From NCBI GenBank assembly GCA_964618765.1, contig CAZUDZ010000002.1, forward strand, positions 3,166-64,128: 60,963 nt of DNA. Reading direction: 5' to 3'. Made by a program: the position numbers and the translations under genes. Origin of the DNA: an uncultured Candidatus Saccharibacteria bacterium (GTDB lineage: Bacteria > Patescibacteriota > Dojkabacteria > SC72). The notes beneath the pieces are model-generated. The model was not told where the DNA came from. It saw only the letters and a program-made list of their open reading frames with translations, and made no database searches. How positions within the stretch are numbered: position 1 is the first letter of the stretch; every line of letters begins with the position of its first letter. Shown here piece after piece: positions 45,883 to 55,684 of the stretch.

Positions 45883-46566
45883 ATGAATATTTTAATTATA
45901 GAGAATTCTTCAACTCTTTCCCAATTACTCTACAAAACTTTAGAGGCATATGGACATAAGGTAACTCTTGATGATAAGAATTTTGTAAGTAAAAATTTAG
46001 TTGGAAAAAAGATCTTTGAATTGTTCATATTAAATACAAATCTAGAGAAAGATGTTACCAAGGAGTTACTTAAATACATCGTAGAAAAGAGCAAAGAGAG
46101 TAAAATCCTGGGAATATGTAATAAGGGAAGCTGGATTGAAAAAGTTGATTTTTTAAACAACGGAGGCGATGATGTTTTAACATATCCATTTCCCATACAG
46201 GAACTCCTTGCAAGAATTCAGTCTCTTGTTAGAAGGCCAAGAAGCTATGTAGACAGAAATATGTACATTGGAGACTTTATGTTAGACCTAGACACCAAAT
46301 CTGTGTACAAGGACGACAAGGATGTTGAAATTAGGAGGAAGGAATATGACCTTTTTGAGTATCTTGTTAGGAATAAAGAGAGGGTGATATCAAGATGTGA
46401 GCTCTTAGATCATGTCTGGGACTACAGAGAGTATGTTGGTTCAAACACAGTAGATGTGCACATTAACAGATTAAGAGACAAATTAAAGAGTAAAGAGATA
46501 ATAGAGACAGTCCACGGTGTTGGTTACAAGTTAAAAGAGCTTAGGAAGGATCCTAAAGCATCATAG
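45883..46566 (+). CDS. OmpR/PhoB-family regulator with a degenerate receiver domain
   Basis: MNILIIEN, GGDDVLTYPF..ELLARI, RRKEYDLFEYL, ELLDHVW and NTVDVHINRLRDKL...TVHGVGY. Confidence 0.9.
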   Translation: MNILIIENSSTLSQLLYKTLEAYGHKVTLDDKNFVSKNLVGKKIFELFILNTNLEKDVTKELLKYIVEKSKESKILGICNKGSWIEKVDFLNNGGDDVLTYPFPIQELLARIQSLVRRPRSYVDRNMYIGDFMLDLDTKSVYKDDKDVEIRRKEYDLFEYLVRNKERVISRCELLDHVWDYREYVGSNTVDVHINRLRDKLKSKEIIETVHGVGYKLKELRKDPKAS

Positions 46567-47677
46567 GCATAACTAGATGTATGAAGTTGTCATCTCCCTT
46601 TATTTTGAATACACCCGGTCTTACAGCCTCAGAACATTCAAATACTATTTCTTCAGAATCAACATGATTCAAAATATCTGTGAGAAGTTTAGAACTAAAT
46701 GCTATTTTAAGTTCACTACCCTCCACTTTACAATTAAAATGACTCTCATTCTTACCTAAATCTGCCTGTACTGCAAAGAGTGAAATTTTATTGTCCTTCG
46801 GGTCAATATCTAAAATCATCTTATTTCCTAAAACAGATCTTGCAATTATATTTACAACCTTTAAGGAGTTAAAAAAGACTTCCTTCTCTATCTCACATTT
46901 CGTTTTGTATCCAGTAGGAATAATCTGCTTATATTCAGGAAATTCCCCGTCTATTAACCTTGATGTTAAATCGATATCCCCTACTCTAAACATTACCTGA
47001 TTTTTATCTTCAATTAAGTATATTGATATTAAGTCCTCTTCGCCTCCCATCTCATTTATTATATGAGATAGCTCTGTAAAAGCTCTAACAGGGACTAAGA
47101 AACTTTTAACCTTATCACTCTTGGAAGTTTTAATAACCTGTTTGGACAATCTCAATCCATCTGTAGCTATGAGAGCTATTTCATCATTTTCTATCTCAAA
47201 TTTAACCCCAGTTAAAACAGGTTTAATATCATCAGTTGCAGCTGCAAAAGCAACCCTATTAATAGCCATAACTAAATCGGCACTATTTATCTGTATAAAT
47301 GGCTCATCCTTTTTACTTACAGAAGGAATACTTGGGAAATCATCAGAGGGCATTGTATTAAAACTAGCAGAGTTATTTGTAGTAGATATGTTGAAATTTT
47401 GTTTCTCTACCTCAACAGTAACTACCTCTTCTGGAATTGAATTAACAAATTCAGAAAGTTGTTTTGCTGGAAGTGTTATCTTCCCATTATCTTGAACATC
47501 CGCCCCTATCCAAGTTGTTATACTTAATTCTAAATCAGTGGTCTTTATTGTCAATCTATCTTTATCTGTTTCTAAAAATACATTATTAAGTATTGGTAAA
47601 CCTGGTTTTGTGCTGACAACCCTACTAAGTATGTTGAGATACTTGGAAAATGTGTCTTGATTGCAAGAAAACTTCAT
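46553..47677 (-). CDS. dnaN: DNA polymerase III beta clamp
   Basis: LPILNNV, TDLELSI, RPVL-like KPVLTGV, ATDGLRL, SRLIDGEFPEY and LVMPM. Confidence 0.97.
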   Translation of the reverse strand: MKFSCNQDTFSKYLNILSRVVSTKPGLPILNNVFLETDKDRLTIKTTDLELSITTWIGADVQDNGKITLPAKQLSEFVNSIPEEVVTVEVEKQNFNISTTNNSASFNTMPSDDFPSIPSVSKKDEPFIQINSADLVMAINRVAFAAATDDIKPVLTGVKFEIENDEIALIATDGLRLSKQVIKTSKSDKVKSFLVPVRAFTELSHIINEMGGEEDLISIYLIEDKNQVMFRVGDIDLTSRLIDGEFPEYKQIIPTGYKTKCEIEKEVFFNSLKVVNIIARSVLGNKMILDIDPKDNKISLFAVQADLGKNESHFNCKVEGSELKIAFSSKLLTDILNHVDSEEIVFECSEAVRPGVFKIKGDDNFIHLVMPMML

Positions 47678-48127
47678 ATTACTGTAATAATATTTTAAAT
47701 GTAAGCAGTTTAGTTTTACTATTCTATCATTTTTTCTCAGAGAAAAGAATTAAAGATGTACTATTATCTATATTCTATATATAAATAGTAGTAACAGTAG
47801 TAGAGAGTGTGTATATGTATATAACTAATGTGGATTTATATAAAATATCTACTTCTACTAATTCTTACAGCCTCCTCTACCTTTGTGTATAAGGTAGAGA
47901 AGAGAAAGGGTTTAAAATAGTGCACACTTTCTTTAACAGTAAAGTTTTTGGAGTGTGGATTTAATTTATGGATAGATGGTGTAAAACTTTTTATAACTGT
48001 GAACACTCTGAAAGTAGGAAATGTTTAATCTATACTCTTTCTACTATTTAACAGTATTTTTGAGTGTGGAAAAGTAGCAAAGTTATCAGGAGATATTAGT
48101 GAGTTATAAACAGAGTTGTCCACATAA
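47678..48127. promoter_or_regulatory. Replication origin oriC (dnaA-dnaN intergenic)
   Basis: DnaA boxes TGTGTATAA (47884-47892) and TGTGGAAAA (48065-48073) fit the consensus. Near-boxes lie at 47808-47816, 47829-47837, 47954-47962 and 48116-48124. Six DnaA-trio-like triplets are at 47786-47803, next to an AT-rich tract. Confidence 0.85.
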
Positions 48128-49588
48128 CTAACTTCTTAAGATTTTTACACAAGCCTCAATCTTTTCTGCAATTCTACTATTTTCCTCTTTAATATTTTCT
48201 ATCTTTTCACAGGCATGAATAACTGTGGTGTGATCTTTTCTATTTACCTCTCTTGCAACTTTCTCTAAAGGATATTCGAGTTCTGTTCTTAGAAGATACA
48301 TGACTATCTGTCGACTTTGTGCTATGTATGCAGTCCTTCTCTTCCCTTTTATCTCGGAAGGTTTAACATCGAAGATCTCACTTACTGTATTTATTATTTT
48401 CTTTGGTGTAATTCTTTTTCTTTTTGTCTCAAGATCTATTTGTAATATTCGGGCAACATCTTGTTCTGTTGGTTTTACTCCAAGCTTAAAAAGAGAAACC
48501 ACTTTAGTTAAAGCACCTTCTAATTCCCTTATATTACTCTCGACATTTTTTGCTATTAGCTCTATATACTCATCTGGAATGCTGTAATTCTTTTCACTTA
48601 AGTATTGACGTAAAATTGCTATTCGTGTTTCATAGTCAGGAGCCTGAATATCTGCGACCATGCCTCCTTCAAACCTAGATCTAAGCCTGTCTGTAATATT
48701 TTTAATTTCCTTTGGAGGTCTATCAGAGGCTAGAATTATCTGTTTGTTTGCTTGGTAGAGAGTATTGAAGGTGTGGAATAGTTCTTCTTGTGTTCTTGGA
48801 TATGTTTCTACAAATTGGACATCATCTATGATTAAGAGGTCGACAGCCCTGTATTTATTCCTGAAGTCCTCGTTTCTTTTTGTCCTGATTGCTTCTACCA
48901 TCTCGTTTAGGAATTGCTCTATGGAAATATATATAACCTTTTTATTAGAATTTCTTTGCAATATCTCATTTCCAATTGCTTGCATAAGGTGTGTCTTCCC
49001 AACTCCCGTTTCTCCATAGTAAAACACGGGGTTGTATGCACTACCTAAATCTTCTAAAACTGCTTGTGCCACAGCCTCTGCCAACCTATTATTCGACCCA
49101 ACTATGAAGTTTGAAAAAAGGTATTTAGGGTTAAGGTGAGAGTCTTCTAAAGCTCTTTTGTATTCAGACTCTTCTTTCTCTGCAGCAGAGAAAAGATCTA
49201 GAACCTCTTCCTGTTCTCCTTGTGGATTATGGTATTCATATCTATCTTTTGGAGATAAATCCTTTTGTCTGAGATTTATCTCTATTTCAAAGTTTCGTTG
49301 ACAAGTCTTTCTTAATGCTCCTTGTAGAGCATACTTGTAATCTTTAAGAATTTTTTCTCTTTTGTATGCTGCCTCGCAAGACATCTGGACAACGCCGTTG
49401 TTAATGTCTTCGATATATACATTCCCAAAAAGTCCTCCAAATTCTCTTTGTCCAATTGCTTGTTTCAAATACTCTTTAGCAACCTTCCAGATTTCTTGTG
49501 GATCAAGATCATTGTCACCGCTTTCTCTTTTGTCTGCGTGCGTAGTTTCTATTTTCTGTAAATGTTTTTCAAAATTTACTTTCTTCAT
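48128..49588 (-). CDS. dnaA: Chromosomal replication initiator DnaA
   Basis: FSNFIVGSNN, YNPVFYYGETGVGKTHL, LLIIDDVQF, RLRSRFEGG and RKDHTTVIHA. Confidence 0.98.
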   Translation of the reverse strand: MKKVNFEKHLQKIETTHADKRESGDNDLDPQEIWKVAKEYLKQAIGQREFGGLFGNVYIEDINNGVVQMSCEAAYKREKILKDYKYALQGALRKTCQRNFEIEINLRQKDLSPKDRYEYHNPQGEQEEVLDLFSAAEKEESEYKRALEDSHLNPKYLFSNFIVGSNNRLAEAVAQAVLEDLGSAYNPVFYYGETGVGKTHLMQAIGNEILQRNSNKKVIYISIEQFLNEMVEAIRTKRNEDFRNKYRAVDLLIIDDVQFVETYPRTQEELFHTFNTLYQANKQIILASDRPPKEIKNITDRLRSRFEGGMVADIQAPDYETRIAILRQYLSEKNYSIPDEYIELIAKNVESNIRELEGALTKVVSLFKLGVKPTEQDVARILQIDLETKRKRITPKKIINTVSEIFDVKPSEIKGKRRTAYIAQSRQIVMYLLRTELEYPLEKVAREVNRKDHTTVIHACEKIENIKEENSRIAEKIEACVKILRS

Positions 49589-49832
49589 AGAAGAGAGGTG
49601 TAATTAACTAGTTAGTAATTTAAATTGGGGGGCAGTCTCATGGTCGATTGGGACTTTTCTCTATTATAAGGATTTGTTTGGAAATGTGGATATGTTGTCC
49701 ACCCAGTGATAGAAACCTTCATACAGAGCGATTTCAAAGAGAGTAAAATAACTCTAATAATTTTAGACAACATATTAAAGATTTAAACATATACTTGGCA
49801 AGAGTGCTGTTGGTCTGTATAATAAGCCTGTA

Positions 49833-50015
49833 ATGAAAAGAACATATCAACCTAAAAACAAAAAAAGACTTAAGAAATTCGGATTTCGAGCAAGATCTAA
49901 AACTCCTGGTGGAAGAAGAGTTTTGCAAAGAAGAAGAGCAAAAGGCAGAGAGCAACTCTCCGTTAGCGAAGAGTACAAGCTACTTAGAAAAAAGCACGGA
50001 AAAGATATAAGATAG
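49833..50015 (+). CDS. rpmH: 50S ribosomal protein L34 (C-terminally extended)
   Basis: MKRTYQP...[27 protein letters not shown]. Confidence 0.95.
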   Translation: MKRTYQPKNKKRLKKFGFRARSKTPGGRRVLQRRRAKGREQLSVSEEYKLLRKKHGKDIR

Positions 50016-50025
50016 TATATATATT

Positions 50026-50370
50026 ATGCTTCCTAAAAAATTCCGACTACCTCCTGAAAACTTTGACAGAGTATATAAAAATGGCAAAAAGATAAGAGGC
50101 CAGTATGGAATGTTTGTATGTGCAGAAAGCGATATGGGAAACCCCCGTTTTGGTTTTGTTGTGAGTAAAAAAGTTGGAGGAGCTGTCTTAAGAAATAGGA
50201 TGACAAGGCTCTTAAGGGTTACAGTTATGGAAGTAGTTAATGAAAAGAACATGGGAGGATTGAATCTAGATTTTCAGTATATTGCTTTCAAATTTTGTAA
50301 TAAAAAGACTGACTTAAAAAGAGAGGTGCAATTCCAACTACAAGATGCTTTAAAAATATTTGATGAATAA
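50026..50370 (+). CDS. rnpA: RNase P protein
   Basis: RFGFVVSKKVGGAVLRNRMTRLLR and canonical synteny. Confidence 0.93.
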   Translation: MLPKKFRLPPENFDRVYKNGKKIRGQYGMFVCAESDMGNPRFGFVVSKKVGGAVLRNRMTRLLRVTVMEVVNEKNMGGLNLDFQYIAFKFCNKKTDLKREVQFQLQDALKIFDE

Positions 50371-50375
50371 GAAGT

Positions 50376-50618
50376 ATGTTTAAAAGGATATTTCTTTTAA
50401 CAATTAAAGGATATCAGAAAATTTTTTCTTTTGATCATGGACTCTTAGGAAAAATATTTCCTAATACAAGATACTGTAGGTTTATTCCTACCTGCTCCGA
50501 GTATGGATATGATGCAATTTCAAAATACGGTCCAATTAAAGGAGGGTGGATTTTCTTAAAAAGATTTGTAAGATGTAATCCTTGGAACCGAACTGAGAGA
50601 TATGATCCTGTCCCTTAG
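50376..50618 (+). CDS. yidD: Membrane protein insertion efficiency factor
   Basis: CRFIPTCSEY and KRFVRCNPW. Confidence 0.95.
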   Translation: MFKRIFLLTIKGYQKIFSFDHGLLGKIFPNTRYCRFIPTCSEYGYDAISKYGPIKGGWIFLKRFVRCNPWNRTERYDPVP

Positions 50619-50667
50619 CTTAAATTTATGATATATTCGCTAGCATTATATTAGTTATCTTTTTTAT

Positions 50668-51528
50668 ATGTTTGCAACAATTTGGAATACCATAATTTAT
50701 CATCCAATACTGAATCTGTTGATTGTTTTTTACAATCTTCTTTTTGATAATTTGGGTTTAGCCATTATTGCTGTTGCAATTGTAATCAGGCTTGCACTTG
50801 TTCCCTTAATGAAAAGTCAAACAAATATGACAAGGAAAATGGCCTCTTTAAAGCCTCAGTTAGATGAGCTACAGAAAAAATACAAGAACAATCCAGAGAA
50901 GCTGTCACAAGAGCAAATCAAACTTTACAAGAAAGAAGGATACAATCCCTTAGGATGTTTGGTAACTTTTATCCCACAATTAATAATTCTCTCTGTTTTA
51001 ATACAGGTGATCAGAAATGTTACTAGCGGGGAGTTAGATGGACTATATCCTTTTGTGGCCAACTGGTTAAATAATGGAGCATCTTTGAGTATCAATACAA
51101 ATTTTTGGATATGGGATTTGACTAAATCATATAACGATCTTTCATCTGAATTTGGGAAATTTTCTACAACAGCCCTCCCCTATTTGGCACTTAGTATTCT
51201 TGTTGGTTTCTCTCAGTATCTTACCTCTAAATTCACACAGGCCATACAGGATCCTCAACCACAGAAGAAGAAAACAAAGAAAAAAGACGAGGGAGTATCA
51301 CCAGAGGATATGCAAAAAAAGATGTCAAAGTCTTTCATGTTTATACTACCCTTTTCTACCATTTTCATTGCAATCAGTGCTCCAGCAGCATTAAGTCTGT
51401 ACTGGGCAATACAATCTCTTATGTTAGTTATTCAGTATATGGTTTTAGATTGGGACAAGACAAAGAAGGGAGTTCAAAATCTTCTAACAAAATTAAAAGA
51501 GAAGAAAAAGAGAAGCTCCTCTGATTAA
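50668..51528 (+). CDS. yidC: YidC/Oxa1 insertase (short form)
   Basis: IRLALVPL, KPQLDELQKKY, LYKKEGYNPLGCL and ALSLYWAI. Confidence 0.95.
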   Translation: MFATIWNTIIYHPILNLLIVFYNLLFDNLGLAIIAVAIVIRLALVPLMKSQTNMTRKMASLKPQLDELQKKYKNNPEKLSQEQIKLYKKEGYNPLGCLVTFIPQLIILSVLIQVIRNVTSGELDGLYPFVANWLNNGASLSINTNFWIWDLTKSYNDLSSEFGKFSTTALPYLALSILVGFSQYLTSKFTQAIQDPQPQKKKTKKKDEGVSPEDMQKKMSKSFMFILPFSTIFIAISAPAALSLYWAIQSLMLVIQYMVLDWDKTKKGVQNLLTKLKEKKKRSSSD

Positions 51529-51553
51529 GTAATTAAATTTTCAGAATTATCGT

Positions 51554-52033
51554 ATGAAAGATAAAGAAATAGTTAAGCTGATGGAAAGAGAGGTAGACTC
51601 CTTATGCTCTCTGTTAAATGTTGATTGTGAGAAAAGGTTAGAAATACATGAGGGGGAAGAGGATGTTAAGTATATAAAGGTGTTTTTCGAAGGAGAGGAT
51701 CTTGGATATATGATTGGTAATCACGGAAGGCACTTAGACTCTATCCAATATATCTTGCAAATAATTCTAGGGAAGGTGTTAGATCAAGATCCAAATTACA
51801 GAGTACTTGTAGATGTAGGTGGGTATCGAGAGGAAAGGAATAGTAAACTAGAAGATTTAGCATTGCAGAAAGCGGATGATGTAAGAATACTTGGGGAGGC
51901 TATAGAGCTTCCTCCAATGAAGCCTTCAGACAGAAGAGCTGTGCATGTAGCTTTGTCACAGTTTGACGATATTACAACAGAGAGCGAAGGGGAAGGGAGA
52001 GATAGGTATGTTGTTATTAAGCCTGTAAAGTAA
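51554..52033 (+). CDS. jag: KH-R3H RNA-binding protein (Jag/KhpB, lacking the N-domain)
   Basis: MIGNHGRHLDSIQ, LPPMKPSDRRAVH and SEGEGRDRYVVI. Confidence 0.9.
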   Translation: MKDKEIVKLMEREVDSLCSLLNVDCEKRLEIHEGEEDVKYIKVFFEGEDLGYMIGNHGRHLDSIQYILQIILGKVLDQDPNYRVLVDVGGYREERNSKLEDLALQKADDVRILGEAIELPPMKPSDRRAVHVALSQFDDITTESEGEGRDRYVVIKPVK

Positions 52034-52058
52034 CAATAGTAAGTGCTAGAATTGATTA

Positions 52059-53531
52059 ATGAAGAAGTTTATTAATAAAAGGGTCCTTTTTGTTTCTCTA
52101 TCTACCATTCTATTTATTGCGTCACTTTTTCTTTTAAGCAGAGAGTCCGTGGGGAGGATAATCTTTCTTTCCTTAACTTTTTCCATATGGTTGAGCACAT
52201 TTCTATACACGAAGGATTTGATATTCTCCTCTCTCTTGTACATATTAATTGTTCTCCCATTTAATGTAACGCTGCAGCTACCTGTTGCTGTTGAAATATT
52301 TAACACACAAATTACTCTCTCAGAACCTTTCGTTAATGGAATACATGTTAATTACCTTGTCCCTACCCTTTCAATTATTGATACAGGAGTGGTTCTTTTA
52401 CTATTCTCTTTATTAGTAGAAGAGGGAGCATCCTTCTATTTAAAAATGTTCAAATCTTTAAAAACAGGTTTACTGATATTTCTGATTTATTTAATAATTC
52501 AAAACATTCTGTTAGAAAACTTCCTGACAAGCTTTAGCTCCCTTCGAATTTTCCTTTATCTCCTAGTCACTATTAGTACAGTTCTCTATTACAAGGAGCG
52601 AAAGGAGAAATTAAAGGGCTTACTTCTTTCTGCAACCTTCGTACTGTTGCTTAACACTCTAATTCAGGGGATTGTAGGTATTTTACAAGTTTCAAGAGGA
52701 GCTTCTTTAGGCTTAACATTTCTGGGAGAGTCTCAGGTAGTAAGTGGTATGTACGGATCAAGCTTCATTAACCTAGGGGGACAAGCATTTCTTAGGGCAT
52801 ATGGGACATTTCCTCATCCTAATATTTTTGCCGGTTTCTTAATCTTAAGCCTCTTAATTGGGATTGTGTGTGCAAAAAGACTTCCGGGCTTTGGTGTTTC
52901 TCTTGCCCTTCTCTCTCTTCTTGCTCTCCCATTAACATTCTCAAGGGCTGCGATTTTAATTGCTGCACTGATACTTCTCATTCTTTTCATCCGTGCGTTT
53001 TTGAGATCTAACAAAAAAGCGGGTGTTCTTGCTGTCTCTCCCCTTCTCTACTTTGAGAGATTTGGTAACTTGGTTAGAGGAGGTGATAGTAGCTGGAGTG
53101 AGAGGATTGATCTGCTTAAAGTTTCAACAAAACTTGTGAAAGAAAATTTCTTACTAGGAACAGGAATGGGGAATTTTATAAAGGCCATGGGAGATTATGC
53201 CCCAAGTACATCCAGAGGAATTTCTCTTTTACAACCAGTTCACAATATCTTTGTTTTGCTTTTTGTAGAGTTGGGACTCCTAGGGTTTTTAATCTTCTTC
53301 TATATTTTAGGAAGAATCTGTATAAGTAATTTAAAGAAATTTACATTCTTTAAGCTAGGGGTTTTACTTACTATCTTGATTATTGCCTTTTGGGACCATT
53401 ATTTAATTTCTCTTCCTCAAGGTTTGGGAATATTTATGTTTCTATACTTGCTGCTAGTAGTAGATCTAGATTCTATGCTTGGAAACTTTAAAGGAGAAAC
53501 GGAGAGAGTGGGATTCGAACCCACGGTATGA
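52059..53531 (+). CDS. O-antigen ligase/Wzy_C-like membrane protein
   Basis: Many TM helices, RAYGTFPHPNIFAG, TFSRAA, LLGTGMGNF and PVHNIF...ELG. The 3' end overlaps tRNA-Ser. Confidence 0.85.
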   Translation: MKKFINKRVLFVSLSTILFIASLFLLSRESVGRIIFLSLTFSIWLSTFLYTKDLIFSSLLYILIVLPFNVTLQLPVAVEIFNTQITLSEPFVNGIHVNYLVPTLSIIDTGVVLLLFSLLVEEGASFYLKMFKSLKTGLLIFLIYLIIQNILLENFLTSFSSLRIFLYLLVTISTVLYYKERKEKLKGLLLSATFVLLLNTLIQGIVGILQVSRGASLGLTFLGESQVVSGMYGSSFINLGGQAFLRAYGTFPHPNIFAGFLILSLLIGIVCAKRLPGFGVSLALLSLLALPLTFSRAAILIAALILLILFIRAFLRSNKKAGVLAVSPLLYFERFGNLVRGGDSSWSERIDLLKVSTKLVKENFLLGTGMGNFIKAMGDYAPSTSRGISLLQPVHNIFVLLFVELGLLGFLIFFYILGRICISNLKKFTFFKLGVLLTILIIAFWDHYLISLPQGLGIFMFLYLLLVVDLDSMLGNFKGETERVGFEPTV

Positions 53532-53586
53532 TTTCTCATACGCACGCTTTCCAAGCGTGTCCTTTCGACCACTCAGGCATCTCTCC
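53500..53586 (-). tRNA. tRNA-Ser (GGA)
   Basis: GGAGAGATGCCTGAGTGG...CACGC-TT-GGA-AA-GCGTG...long variable arm...TCTCTCCG. Confidence 0.93.
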
Positions 53587-53646
53587 ATGGCGATTATTCT
53601 AACAAATATTGAACTACTTAACTAGCGATTAGCTATCTGAAAGATG

Positions 53647-53720
53647 CGTACCTGGCCGGAATCGAACCGACAACCTACTGCTTAGAAGGCAGTTGCTCTA
53701 TCCGATTGAGCTACAGGTAC
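53647..53720 (-). tRNA. tRNA-Arg (UCU)
   Basis: GTACCTGTAGCTCAATCGGATAGAGCA-ACTGC-CT-TCT-AA-GCAGT...CAGGTACG. Confidence 0.93.
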
Positions 53721-53764
53721 TTAACAGAAGCAATTTTATCAGGAAATAGTAGGAAAATAAAGGA

Positions 53765-55684
53765 TTAATTAGTATTCTTGATCGATATTAATACTCCCCC
53801 TTGCCTCTTTGGGAACCTTTTAAGTCCTTCTGGGAACCATTCAGGGAAAAACTCTACTCTTGTTTCTTGATCAGAGAACTCTAAACCTTTAAGATACTCC
53901 TGCCCCTCCTTCCATTTCATTGTTTTTAGATTCTTGAGGATATCATCAGTATTTACCTTTGGCTTAACAGCACTTTTAGCCACTAGTTTAATCGAAATTC
54001 CTTGTGCATTACTCTCTACCACAGTTACCTCCTTCTTTATCTCCTCATCTAATTCTAGATCCCAGTCACTATCTGTTTCAAAGAGATTCTCCTCTTTTGC
54101 TTTCTCTGTTAACATGTCTGCAACACCACGATCAAAGTCATTTTTTAGGTAGTATGAGCCTACGCTTTTTGTTGTAATTGAAACATTAACCTCTTTGGCT
54201 TCTGCTCCTATTGCAACATCCGTTTTGGTACTATCCGGAAGAACCTTACTTGAAAGAGAGTCTGGAATTAGTTCCCAATTATCATTGATATCTTTTATTT
54301 CAGATTCTCCTTCCTCGATTGCTATGTTACTTAATTCTTTTACAGCACCGTCAACGTCAGCTTTAGAGAGCACGGTATATTCCTCTTTAGAACCTCCGGT
54401 AATTGCTCCACTATTATTTAAGGCAGAGAGTTGATTCGTAGAGTATCCTTGGAAAGTAAAGAGCTGTCCTGCAGGGAAGTTATATTCATCACCTACCTCT
54501 ATGGCACTTATGGATGCAGGGGTAGGATCATTACATTTTATTGAAGCAGCTGAGTCTAAACTGTAAGTTTTTCCTCTAGTAGAAAGGGTCTGACCTGCTG
54601 GAAGCTCTAATGGTTGAACATTCTCATCACAATCTTGAACGAAATATGTAATATTCACTTGCCCTTTTGCCTTTTCTCCTTTAAATGCGGTTCCTGTTGC
54701 TTTTACATTTGTTGATCTTGATTTCTCTACACTTTCTGTTTTAACTGGAATTTTAAGGTTTTCAAAATCGATCTCTTTAATATTTTCATCTCCCTTAAAA
54801 ACCTCTTCGATTTCTACCTCCTTTGCCTCGACATATATCCTGACTTTTACGAGTAGAGCCGTGTTTAAGTATATGATACCTGCAAGTAGGAGTACTACTA
54901 CTACAGAAATCCCTATTAAAGGAAGTTGTTTCTTAAATTTTGCTGAGAGAGGAAGTTTTTTAAAGAAACTTGTAACCCCAGAACCTACAAGTTTGGTTTT
55001 ATCCCCAAAAGCAGATGCCTTTGCAGTTCTATCTTTAGGGGTTGTTTTAATGGGGTCTTTTGTTTTGCTACTAAAATCTACTTGTGAGAGATCCTGTTTG
55101 GCTCTCTGTTTTCTTTCTATTTCTGCTTGTCTCTGCTCATTCTCCAAGTATGTTATCTCTAACTCTTCTTTTTTTAATGATGGAAGATCTTCATCGAGGG
55201 TTATCAAAACAGAATCATTTTCATCCTCCAAAGACCTTTGTTTTTCCTGACTTTTTGCAATTGCTGCATCTATTCTTTTTTGAAATTCTGTTGGTTTTTC
55301 CTCTTCCCTATTCTCCTGCTCTTGCTCTCTCTTTTCGGGAAGTTGCTTTTTGGGAGGGGAGAGTCTCTTTGCCCTATTGATTTCTTCTGTTTCCCACACC
55401 TCTTCTTCAGGGAATTGAGGGGAATCTATGGTAGAAAGATTCGCCAGCTTGGCATTCCTAATTCCTGTGACATTTTTAATAATTTGAGCCACTAAAAGTT
55501 TCTCTGTTTCGTCCGCTGTTTCAAGAAGAACCTTTAGGTTTATCGGACTGATTAACAAATCTGTTTCCTCTGCAAAAGTTAAAACGATTCTTTCATTTCG
55601 TGATTCTAGTATGGCAGTTACCAAGTCTGTTAATTCGTCCTCCTTGTTTACTACAATTTTTGTTACTTTTTTCTCACTATCCAT
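53765..55684 (-). CDS. Bitopic membrane protein with a baseplate-J-like external region (CPR type)
   Basis: Short alpha/beta N-domain, a long charged linker, one TM helix (GISVVVVLLLAGIIYL), then a beta-rich region (KAKGQV, GDEYN, ITGG...VLSKAD). The family call is from recall. Confidence 0.6.
   Translation of the reverse strand: MDSEKKVTKIVVNKEDELTDLVTAILESRNERIVLTFAEETDLLISPINLKVLLETADETEKLLVAQIIKNVTGIRNAKLANLSTIDSPQFPEEEVWETEEINRAKRLSPPKKQLPEKREQEQENREEEKPTEFQKRIDAAIAKSQEKQRSLEDENDSVLITLDEDLPSLKKEELEITYLENEQRQAEIERKQRAKQDLSQVDFSSKTKDPIKTTPKDRTAKASAFGDKTKLVGSGVTSFFKKLPLSAKFKKQLPLIGISVVVVLLLAGIIYLNTALLVKVRIYVEAKEVEIEEVFKGDENIKEIDFENLKIPVKTESVEKSRSTNVKATGTAFKGEKAKGQVNITYFVQDCDENVQPLELPAGQTLSTRGKTYSLDSAASIKCNDPTPASISAIEVGDEYNFPAGQLFTFQGYSTNQLSALNNSGAITGGSKEEYTVLSKADVDGAVKELSNIAIEEGESEIKDINDNWELIPDSLSSKVLPDSTKTDVAIGAEAKEVNVSITTKSVGSYYLKNDFDRGVADMLTEKAKEENLFETDSDWDLELDEEIKKEVTVVESNAQGISIKLVAKSAVKPKVNTDDILKNLKTMKWKEGQEYLKGLEFSDQETRVEFFPEWFPEGLKRFPKRQGGVLISIKNTN

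Noticed and set aside
53765-55684. Prophage remnant (baseplate J)
   Set aside because: It has a TM anchor, is coupled to an FtsA-like gene and has no phage genes nearby.
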